Shown here piece by piece: positions 9,000-17,186 of a stretch of DNA of 64,000 nt. Both the position numbers and the translations under genes were made by a program. Positions within the stretch are counted from its first letter, which is position 1, and every line of letters starts with the position of its first letter. The notes below the pieces were generated by a model, which worked only from the letters and a program-made list of their open reading frames with translations, searched no databases and was not told where the DNA came from. The stretch comes from Vicinamibacterales bacterium. Lineage in GTDB: Bacteria; Acidobacteriota; Vicinamibacteria; Vicinamibacterales; UBA8438. Location: assembly GCA_965221305.1 (NCBI GenBank), contig OZ244881.1, positions 4,319,505 through 4,383,504 of the forward strand. The letters are read 5' to 3'.

Positions 9000-10012
9000 C
9001 AGGGCCTCCTCGGCGGTCGCGCCGGAGCGGTGGTCCGCCGGCGCCGCTGAATCCGGTCGGGATCCTCGTCGATGGCTTCGAGCAGGCGCTCAGCGTCCTC
9101 GCGGCTCAGCTCGCCGGGTTGCGGCTCCCCGGTCGACGGTTCCGGTTCCTGTTCCTGCTGGTTCTCCTGCTGGTTCTGCTGCTGGTTCTGCCCCTGTTCC
9201 TGCTGTTCCTGTTCCTGCTGTTCCTGCTGGTTCTGTTCCTGCTGCTGACTCTGTTGCCGCTCGTCCTGCTCCGGCTGATTCTGCGGTTGTTCCTGCTCCT
9301 GCGGCTCCTGCTGCTCGTCGGGCGGCTGCTCCTGCGGCTGATTCTCCCGGCCCTCCCGATTCTCCTGATTCTCGCCGTCGTTCTCGTCCTGCTGGTCCGA
9401 GGACTCCTGTTGCTGCTGTTGCAGCTGATCGAGGGTCAGCTCGAGGTTGTGCTTGGCGTCGATGTCCGCGGGGTCGCGGCGCAGCGCCTGCTTGTAGGCT
9501 TCGAGAGCCGGCCGAAGCTGCTGCTGCCGGTAGAGGGCGTTGCCGAGGTTGTACCAGGCCTGCGCCTCGACGACGGGGTCGCCGCTCTCGGCCGCCTCCT
9601 GGTACGCCTCCATCGCGCGCTGGAACTCCTCGGTCCGGTACAGCGCGTTCCCGTTGTTGAACGGCACGATCGACGAGTCGGGGGCCGCCCGCAGAGCCTC
9701 GAGATACTGCTCGTGGGCCTCCTCGAACCGACCCTCCTCGTACAGCCGGTTGCCGGCCTCGACCGCGCTCCGACCGGGCTGCGCGGGCGCGACGACCGGC
9801 AGCAGAAGGCCTACCAAACCGGCGAGCCCGGCCACGACGTGCACGGCCCTCGTCGGGCACGAGCGACCCTCGGCCCACCGGCGCACTCGGCGGCCCGCCA
9901 CCGCCTGCCCGGCGCCGCGCACTCGGCGGCCCGCCGCCGCCCTCGGGGCGCGGCGCAACGCGCGGCTCCACCCCGGGCTGTAACCGCGTCTCACTTGAAC
10001 CTCCCCGACCAT
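8996..10012 (-). CDS. batC: BatC-like TPR protein with long Q/E-rich acidic tail
   Basis: C-terminal part of track ORF 8996..10954, with TPRs (AGNRLYEEGRFEEAHEQYLEAL..., WYNLGNALYRQQQL...). The start is uncertain: ATG 10012 overlaps batB by 22 nt, and GTG 9844 lies directly before a signal-like VHVVAGLAGLVGLLLPVVAPA. Confidence 0.75.
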   Translation of the reverse strand: MVGEVQVRRGYSPGWSRALRRAPRAAAGRRVRGAGQAVAGRRVRRWAEGRSCPTRAVHVVAGLAGLVGLLLPVVAPAQPGRSAVEAGNRLYEEGRFEEAHEQYLEALRAAPDSSIVPFNNGNALYRTEEFQRAMEAYQEAAESGDPVVEAQAWYNLGNALYRQQQLRPALEAYKQALRRDPADIDAKHNLELTLDQLQQQQQESSDQQDENDGENQENREGRENQPQEQPPDEQQEPQEQEQPQNQPEQDERQQSQQQEQNQQEQQEQEQQEQGQNQQQNQQENQQEQEPEPSTGEPQPGELSREDAERLLEAIDEDPDRIQRRRRTTAPARPPRRPW

Positions 10013-11022
10013 TCGGTACGCACTCGTCGGCGCTCCGGTATCAGCACTTCCGCGACCAGCAGCGCGAGCGCGAGACCCAGGAAGACTTGGTACTGCTCGT
10101 CGAACAGGGTCACCTGCTCGGCCTCGAAGACCTGGCCCTCGCCCCCCGTCACCTCGGCGGCCAGCGCTTCGAGCTCGCCTCCCCCCGGCGCCACGCGGTA
10201 GTAGAGGCCGCCGGTGCGCTCGGCCATCGTCTGCAGGACGGCCTCGTCGAGCTGCGTCGTCACTACCGTGCCGTCCTCGTCCCGACGGAACCCCCGGGGG
10301 CGCCCGGCCTCGTCGAACTCGGGAATCGGCACGCCGTCGGTCGACCCGATGCCCACGGCGTAGATGCGGACCCCCGCCTCGACCGCCCGGTCGACGGCTT
10401 CCGCGACCTCTCCCTCGTGGTCCTCGCCGTCGGTGATCAGCACGAGCACCCGGTGGCGGCGCTCGGTCTCCGCGAACGCGTCGAGGGCCACCCGGACGGC
10501 CTGGCCGAGGTTCGTGCCCTGCACCGAGATCATGTTCGGGTCCATCGCGTTCAGGAACAGGGTCGCCGCCCCGTAGTCGCTCGTCAAGGGGCTCTGCACG
10601 AACGCCTCGCCCGCGAACGCGACCAGCCCGACCCGGTCGCCCTCCAGCCGGCCGATGAGGTCGGCGACGGCGAGCTTGGCCCGGTCGAGCCGGTTCGGCG
10701 CGATGTCCTCGGCCATCATCGAGGCCGACAGGTCGAGGGCCACCACGATGTCCTGCCCCTCGCGCCGCACCGTCTCGATCCGGCTCCCGAACTGCGGCCG
10801 CGCGAGCGCGGTGACGAGTAGGACCACCGCGGCGAAGAGGGCCGCGTGCTTCGCGGCCCGGCCCCGGCGGTCGACGGTAGCCGTCAACCGGTCGAGGAGA
10901 TGGCGGTCGCCGACGAGAGCCAGCGCCCGACGCGTGCGCGCGCGGGCCCACCACGCGAGCCCCGCGAGGGCCGGTACCACGAGGTACGCGAGCAGCACGT
11001 CGGCGGCGGCGAACCGGAACAT
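9991..11022 (-). CDS. batB: BatB, VWA domain membrane protein
   Basis: N-terminal TM helices, intact MIDAS DIVVALDLSASM, and a C-terminal TM segment. There is a 1-nt overlap with the batA stop. Confidence 0.9.
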   Translation of the reverse strand: MFRFAAADVLLAYLVVPALAGLAWWARARTRRALALVGDRHLLDRLTATVDRRGRAAKHAALFAAVVLLVTALARPQFGSRIETVRREGQDIVVALDLSASMMAEDIAPNRLDRAKLAVADLIGRLEGDRVGLVAFAGEAFVQSPLTSDYGAATLFLNAMDPNMISVQGTNLGQAVRVALDAFAETERRHRVLVLITDGEDHEGEVAEAVDRAVEAGVRIYAVGIGSTDGVPIPEFDEAGRPRGFRRDEDGTVVTTQLDEAVLQTMAERTGGLYYRVAPGGGELEALAAEVTGGEGQVFEAEQVTLFDEQYQVFLGLALALLVAEVLIPERRRVRTEWSGRFK

Positions 11023-12014
11023 CAGGGTATCTTTCGCAGCACCGTCCGGGCCAGCGTCATCTCCAGCAGGAGGAGGAACAAGCCCGCGGCGAGGGGCACA
11101 TGGAACAGTTCCCCGTAGCGAGTGAACTGCTCCACCTCGATCTCGGTCGTCTCCAGCGCGTCGATCTCCGCGTATATCGCCTCCAAACTCTCCCGGTCCG
11201 TCGCCCGGAAATAGCGGCCGTCGGTGATGTCCGCCGTCTCCTGCAGGGTCGGCTCGTCGATGTCTACCCGCATCTGCGCGTAGCGGCGGCCGAACAGGGG
11301 ATCGTCGACGGGCACCCGCGCCACCCCGCGCGTGCCGGCCCCGACGGCGTAGATGCGGATGTCGAGGGCCGCCGCCATCTGGGCCGCGGTGACCGGGTCG
11401 ATCTCGCCCCGGTTGTTCTGGCCGTCGGTCAACAGCACGATCACCTTCGATTCGGCCGACGAGCCTTGCAGCCGCTTGACGCCGGTGGCCAGCCCCATGC
11501 CGATGGCGGTGCCGTCATCGAGAATGCCCGTCTCGAGCTCGCCGAGCACGGTGGTCACGATGTCGTAGTCGAGGGTCAGGGGGACCTGCGTGAACGCGTC
11601 GCCGGCGAACACCACGAGGCCGATGCGGTCGTTGCGGCGGCCCTCGACGAAGTCGGCGGCCACCGCCTTGGCCGCCTCGATGCGGTTCGGCTCGAGATCT
11701 TCGGCGAGCATCGAGGTCGACAGGTCGAGGGCGAGCACGATGTCGATGCCCTCGGTGGTGACGTTCTCGGCCGTGACTCCGGTCTGGGGCCGGGCGAAGG
11801 CGACGACGAGGGCGGCGAGGCCGATGCTGCGCAGCACGAAGAGGGCGTGGCGCCAGCGCCCGGTGCCCCGCCGGTCGGCGCGGGTGACGGCGGCGAGTGA
11901 CGAGTAGCGCAGCGAACCTGTCCGCCTCCGGCCGCGCACCACGTACCACCACGCGAGCAACGGCACCCCGAGCATGAGCAGGAGACCGGTCGGGTCCGCG
12001 AACCTCAGGATCAT
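11022..12014 (-). CDS. batA: BatA, VWA domain membrane protein
   Basis: MILRFADPTGLLLMLGVPLLAWWY N-terminus, MIDAS DIVLALDLSTSM, and a C-terminal TM segment. Confidence 0.9.
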   Translation of the reverse strand: MILRFADPTGLLLMLGVPLLAWWYVVRGRRRTGSLRYSSLAAVTRADRRGTGRWRHALFVLRSIGLAALVVAFARPQTGVTAENVTTEGIDIVLALDLSTSMLAEDLEPNRIEAAKAVAADFVEGRRNDRIGLVVFAGDAFTQVPLTLDYDIVTTVLGELETGILDDGTAIGMGLATGVKRLQGSSAESKVIVLLTDGQNNRGEIDPVTAAQMAAALDIRIYAVGAGTRGVARVPVDDPLFGRRYAQMRVDIDEPTLQETADITDGRYFRATDRESLEAIYAEIDALETTEIEVEQFTRYGELFHVPLAAGLFLLLLEMTLARTVLRKIP

Positions 12015-12084
12015 GCCGCCCGCTCCATCGCCCCAATGGCGTTGCAGGACCCCGAGGCGCGCGCGGGGTCGGCGAGCCTGAGGG

Positions 12085-13302
12085 TCATGCCGTCTGCTCC
12101 GCGGGGACCGCGGCCGGCCCGGCGGGGACCGGCTCGACGGGGGCGGTGACGTCCACCACGCGGCGGGCGACGGGGAACAGCTCGCGGCACTCGGGGATGG
12201 CGGGCCGCAGCTTCGCGAACTTCACGAGGTCGCAGCGGTCGAGGAGGCGCCGCACGTCGGCGACGGCTCCGCGGTCCGCGTCGGTCCGGTGGAGGCCGTT
12301 GAGGACCGCGCCGGTGGTCATCTCCATCGCGTCGACGCCGAACCGGCCCTCGATGTAGACGCGCACGATGTCCGAGAGCCGGATGTGATACGTCTTGATC
12401 TCGCCCCGCTCCAGCATCCCCGCCGCCTCCAGGGCGTCGAGGGCCTCGCGGGCCACCTCGTGGGCCGGCCGCGGCGGCAGGGCCGGCGCCATCGCCTCCG
12501 GCTGCGACCGCCGCCGGTAGCGCCGGTAGATCCAGGCCGCAGCGGCCGCGACGGCGAGCGTGGCCGCGATCCAGGGCAACAGGGTGACGACCGCGAACGG
12601 AATCGCCAGCGGCCCCTTGATGTCGCGGATGTCGCCGCCCTCGTCCCGCCCGACGCTCTCGATGGCGACGGCCATCGCCTCCGTCGCAACGACCGTCGCG
12701 CCGCCCTCGGCGTCCACCACTTCCAATTCCAAGGGGGGAAACGACAGCTCGCCGAGGTCGAACGCGGCGACCCGCAGCTCGAGGCGCGACTCGACGCCCC
12801 CGTCGACCGCCGCCGACTGCGCGACCGGCGGGTCGAGGAGCTCGAACGGTCCGGGGTCGACGGGGTCGGGCCACCGCACCTCGGTGTCCCCGGCGTGGCG
12901 CACCGTCACCACGACGGTGATCGGGTCGCCCACGGCCGCGGTTGCGGCCGAGACGGTGGTCTCGACGACCGGCCCGATGGCCTGGGCGGGCGCCGCCGGC
13001 TGGACCTCGATCGCCTCTGCGCGGACGGCCGGCGCCACACTGACGACCGGTGCGGTCGCACGGACGGCGGGCGCTGCTCCGACGGTGGGCGCTACTCCGA
13101 CGGCGGGCGCCGATCCGACGGCGGGCGCCGACGCCTCGACGGTGGGCTCGATCGCCTGTAGGGCGGGCGTCACGGCCTGCGTGGCGGTCGCCGCCTCCCG
13201 AGCGACGGCGGACGCCGCCAAGCACGGCGCGAACGCCGCCAGGCACGGCAGGGACACCGCGGCAAGGCACGTCCTGAACGCCGCCGGCCCCCGGTTGCTC
13301 AT
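12085..13302 (-). CDS. Expanded DUF4381-like Bat-operon membrane protein (signal, A/P/V hexapeptide repeats, BatD-like Ig module, TM, DUF4381-like tail)
   Basis: It occupies the operon slot between DUF58 and batA. Module GDPITVVVTVRHAGDTEVRWPDP...ELRVAAFDLGELSFPPLELEVVD, TM LLPWIAATLAVAAAAAWIY, and tail CDLVKFAKLRP are present. The start overlaps the DUF58 stop. Confidence 0.7.
   Translation of the reverse strand: MSNRGPAAFRTCLAAVSLPCLAAFAPCLAASAVAREAATATQAVTPALQAIEPTVEASAPAVGSAPAVGVAPTVGAAPAVRATAPVVSVAPAVRAEAIEVQPAAPAQAIGPVVETTVSAATAAVGDPITVVVTVRHAGDTEVRWPDPVDPGPFELLDPPVAQSAAVDGGVESRLELRVAAFDLGELSFPPLELEVVDAEGGATVVATEAMAVAIESVGRDEGGDIRDIKGPLAIPFAVVTLLPWIAATLAVAAAAAWIYRRYRRRSQPEAMAPALPPRPAHEVAREALDALEAAGMLERGEIKTYHIRLSDIVRVYIEGRFGVDAMEMTTGAVLNGLHRTDADRGAVADVRRLLDRCDLVKFAKLRPAIPECRELFPVARRVVDVTAPVEPVPAGPAAVPAEQTA
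13061..13150. repeat. 18-bp tandem repeat x5 inside a CDS (encodes the SAPAVG-type hexapeptide repeat)
   Basis: Units read directly: cggacggcgggcgctgct / ccgacggtgggcgctact / ccgacggcgggcgccgat / ccgacggcgggcgccgac / gcctcgacggtgggctcgat. Confidence 0.8.
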
Positions 13303-14173
13303 CGGAACCGTTTCGCCCGCTCCCGAAAGAACCGCATGAGCCGATCGACGTAGGGCCGGTCCGTCGTGATCTCCACCACGTCCACCCCGGTCTGTCGGAA
13401 CTCCCGCTCCCTGGCCTCCCGCGCCTCCGCCACCTCGCGGTCGAACGCCCGGCGGAACGCCGGGTCCGACACGTTCACCGTGAGCCGATCACCGGTCTCG
13501 GCGTCCTCCAGGTCGAGGTAGCCCACCGGCGGCAGCGCGTGCTCGCGGGGGTCGCTGATACGTATGACGACGGTATCGTGCCGGCGGCCGGCCACCGCCA
13601 GGGCCCGCCGGTAGCCGCCCGCGAGGAAGTCGGAGACCACGAACGTCACCGCGCGGCGCCGCACCACCCGGACGAGGTACTCCAGCGCCCCGGCGATGTC
13701 GGTGCCCCGCCCCGCCGGCTCGAAGTAGAGCAGCTCGCGCAGCACGCGCAGGACGTGGCGGCGCCCCTTGCGGGGCGGCACGAACTTCTCGATGCGGTCG
13801 CTGAAGATGATCAGCCCCACTTTGTCGTTGTTGGTGATGGCCGAGAACGCGAGCACCGCGCATATCTCGACCGCGACCTCGCCCTTCATGCGTCCGGACG
13901 AGCCGAAGTCGCCCGAGGCGCTCACGTCGACGACGAGCATCACCGTCAGCTCGCGCTCCTCGTCGAACACCTTGACGAAAGGGGCGCCGGTCCGCGCGGT
14001 GACGTTCCAGTCGATGTTGCGGATGTCGTCGCCGTAGTGGTACTCGCGCACCTCGGCGAAGTTCATGCCGCGGCCCTTGAACACCGAGTGGTACTCGCCC
14101 GAGAAGACCTCGTTGACGAGGCCCCGGGTGGCGATTTCGACCCGGCGGACCTGGCGGAGGATATCTCGTGCTA

Positions 14174-14177
<4 letters not shown>
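13299..14177 (-). CDS. DUF58 family protein (MoxR partner, VWA-like)
   Basis: Motifs SGEYHSVFKGRGMNFAEVREYHYGDDIRNIDWNVTAR and LVVDVSASGDF. There is a 4-nt overlap with the moxR stop. Confidence 0.9.
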
Positions 14178-15163
<986 letters not shown>

Positions 15164-15372
15164 GGTGGTGTCGTCGGGCGCGTTCTCCGATCGACCCTCT
15201 ATTGTAGGAAACCCGGCGGCCGGTCCCCAGTCCGCGGGCGGAATCGCCCGGAATCGCCTCCGACCCCCGGTCGCCGGCGACGCGCCGCCGGTCTTGCGAG
15301 GCAACCGGCGAACGCCGCCCCGGCCGCGCCCCGCGTGCCGCCGTTCCGTCGGACGATTCGGACGTGGGGAAC

Positions 15373-15497
15373 GGCCGGCGACGCATCCGCGGCAACGCCC
15401 GGCCGCGTCGCCGACGAGGGTCGGGGCCTGCGGGGCACGGCACCATGTCCCGCCGCGGCGCGGAACGTGCGGCCGCGTCGCCGGCGAAGGTCGGGCC
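15373..15497. repeat. 27-28-nt direct repeat pair plus an inverted partial copy, upstream of the Bat operon
   Basis: ggccgcgtcgccgacgagggtcggggcc (15401-15428) and ggccgcgtcgccggcgaaggtcgggcc (15471-15497). The inverse ggccggcgacgc lies at 15373-15384. Confidence 0.6.
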
Positions 15498-15511
15498 GTT
15501 CGCGGCTGCGG

Positions 15512-15973
15512 TCAGCGGACGGGAAAGAAGATGTCGGTGCGCCACTTCTCGGGGTCCGGCTCCCGGCCGGGGTCGGTGACGTAGACCTCCCACGGGGCCC
15601 CGGCGGGCTCGAGTCCCTCCGACTTCATCCACGCCGTCAGCGCCTCCCACGTGTGCCGAAGCTGCTCGTAGTGGCCGGTGTGGGTGACGGTCGCCGCCTT
15701 GCCGCAGGGCAGCTCGCCGGCCCGGATGCGGTCCGTGCCGGCCATCGGGGAGGCGACGGGCATGCCGCACTCGAGATCGACGGCGCCGCCGTGCATCTCG
15801 TGGTAGATGGCGAAGGGCATCCCCGCCGGGGCCTGCCCGCTCTGCTGCACGTACGCGTGCAGCTCGCCGAAGAGCATCCCCATGGTCTCCGCCATCTTGT
15901 CCATGGTGGTCTTGGTCCGGATGCCCACCATGGGCTGCGCCTCCAACCGCGTCGTCCCGAACTCCGATGTCAT
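15512..15973 (-). CDS. GyrI-like small-molecule-binding domain protein
   Basis: Start MTSEFGTTRLE (ATG 15973). Pattern ...VTHTGHYEQLRHTWEALTAWMKSEGL...PWEVYVTDPGREPDPEKWRTDIFFPV is typical of GyrI-like/AraC effector-binding domains. Confidence 0.75.
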   Translation of the reverse strand: MTSEFGTTRLEAQPMVGIRTKTTMDKMAETMGMLFGELHAYVQQSGQAPAGMPFAIYHEMHGGAVDLECGMPVASPMAGTDRIRAGELPCGKAATVTHTGHYEQLRHTWEALTAWMKSEGLEPAGAPWEVYVTDPGREPDPEKWRTDIFFPVR

Positions 15974-16073
15974 GCGCTGGTCCTCCTCGATCTGCGGTCG
16001 TGTCTCCGGGGTGGCGTCCCATCCGGGTGCGCGACGGCTCCGTGAACCTGGAAAGTTATCGGAATCCGATTGA

Positions 16074-16514
16074 CGCGTCCAACCCGACGCCGTCGGCACC
16101 GGGGAAATGGAGCGCAACGGGTACGTGTCCCGGCGCAAGCTGCACTACATGCTGCGCCTCGTGCCGTTCGTCGAGAAGAACTTCAACGCCGTGGAGCTCG
16201 GCCAACGCGGCACCGGAAAGAGCTTCGTCTACCAGCCGCTCAGCCCGTACTGCCATCTCGTGTCCGGCGGACAGACCACCACCGCCCAGATGTTCGTCAA
16301 CCTCGCGTCGGGCCAGCGGGGGCTGGTCTGCCTGTGGGACGTCGTAGCGTTCGACGAGGCGGCCGGGGTCCGCTTCACGGACCGCAGCGGCCTCGACATC
16401 ATGAAGGGCTACCTGGAGGACGGCGCGTTCAGCCGCGGCCGGGACGTGATCACGACCGAGCGATCAAGCCGCGGTCAAGAGTCCGATTCTGTCCACGGAC
16501 GGCTCCGGATATAG
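16074..16514 (+). pseudogene. brxL: Internal fragment of BrxL (BREX Lon-like AAA+ protein)
   Basis: Translation LRLVPFVEKNFNAVELGQRGTGKSFVYQPLSPYCHLVSGGQTTTAQMFVNLASGQRGLVCLWDVVAFDEAAGVRFTDRSGLDIMKGYLEDGAFSRGRDVITTE matches the Walker A/B core of BrxL as I remember it. Only about 130 of roughly 650-700 aa are present. The frame opens just after TGA 16071-16073 and similarity decays before the stop. Confidence 0.7.
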
Positions 16515-16610
16515 CTTGGCATCGCGCACGAATAATGGGGGGCGTAATGCAGGGTGCGCTTTTCTTTGATTCAATAACCTGTTTTTTTTGAATCACTTAC
16601 AGGAAGTGAG
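16515..16610. other. AT-rich junction between the BrxL fragment and the tRNA-Ser 3' end (possible integration scar)
   Basis: Composition is locally low-GC. It has a T8 run (16583-16590), the 7-bp inverted repeat tgattca/tgaatca (16567-16573 / 16589-16595), and a cacttac-agg-aagtgag hairpin abutting the tRNA CCA end. Confidence 0.4.
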
Positions 16611-16700
16611 TGGCGGAGAGAGTGGGATTCGAACCCACGGTAGGGTTTCCCCTACACACGCTTTCCAAGCGTGCTCCTTAAACCGCTCGGACATCTCTCC
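16611..16700 (-). tRNA. tRNA-Ser (anticodon GGA), CCA encoded
   Basis: The reverse complement GGAGAGATGTCCGAGCGGTTTAAGGAGCACGCTTGGAAAGCGTGTGTAGGGGAAACCCTACCGTGGGTTCGAATCCCACTCTCTCCGCCA folds by hand. It has a 7-bp acceptor stem, anticodon loop TTGGAAA, a long variable arm, and a GGTTCGAATCC T-loop. Confidence 0.92.
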
Positions 16701-16968
16701 AGTAGCGGGGCTTGCACCGCCACGTCCAGTCTAGCATGGGTGCTCGCGCGTCTCGGGGCCGACTCCGGCGGGGCGGGGCGGTCGATCGGTACGGGGTCTC
16801 GGCCGGCGGCCGGGGAACCGGACCCTTCGTCGCCGGTCCGAGGCGCGGGCGGTCCCGGGGGGGCGCGATGCGCCGAGGGTCGGCGGCCGGCAGGCGGCCG
16901 GGTCCCTTGTCGCAGGGGAGCCGACGGCGGCGTCGTCGGCCGGGCGGGCCCGGGGCGGGGCCGGCTGC

Positions 16969-16997
16969 TTGATCGGCCCTGGGGCTGACGGTACACT
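16969..16997 (+). promoter_or_regulatory. Candidate sigma70-type promoter for ffs
   Basis: TTGATC (16969-16974), a 17-nt spacer, then TACACT (16992-16997), placed about 25 nt before the predicted SRP RNA terminal helix. Confidence 0.35.
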
Positions 16998-17020
16998 GAG
17001 CCTGCCGCTGGCCGATCGAG

Positions 17021-17180
17021 GGGGCGGCTACCGTCCAGGACGGCGGCGGGTCGCGGCGCGGCTCGGACCCTGTGCAATCTCAGCCTACGAACCGCGTCAG
17101 GGCCGGAAGGCAGCAGCGCTAAGTAGTCACTGACATGTGCCGCAGGCTTTCCGGGTCGCGGCTGGGACTCGTCGCCCCCG
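17021..17180 (+). ncRNA. ffs: Signal recognition particle RNA (4.5S-type, ends approximate)
   Basis: The hallmark domain IV sequence GUCAGGGCCGGAAGGCAGCAGC lies at 17096-17117 (E. coli has GUCAGGUCCGGAAGGAAGCAGC). Hand-pairing of flanking segments gives a rod-like helix. A terminal GGGGGCG/CGCCCCC pairing lies at 17021-17027/17174-17180. The locus sits directly upstream of dnaX, a common synteny. Confidence 0.7.
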
Positions 17181-17186
17181 CACCGC

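Noticed and set aside
9110-9440. Periodic ctgctg/ctgttc DNA that could be taken for a tandem-repeat or CRISPR-like array
   Set aside because: It is the coding sequence of the Q/E-rich BatC tail in an intact reading frame. It has no repeat-spacer architecture.
16701-16968. ORFs in the tRNA-Ser/ffs spacer (16652..17188 minus, 16671..16988 plus, 16712..16972 plus)
   Set aside because: They overlap the tRNA and the SRP RNA. The translations are Gly/Arg/Pro runs, and the region is better explained as non-coding spacer with promoters.
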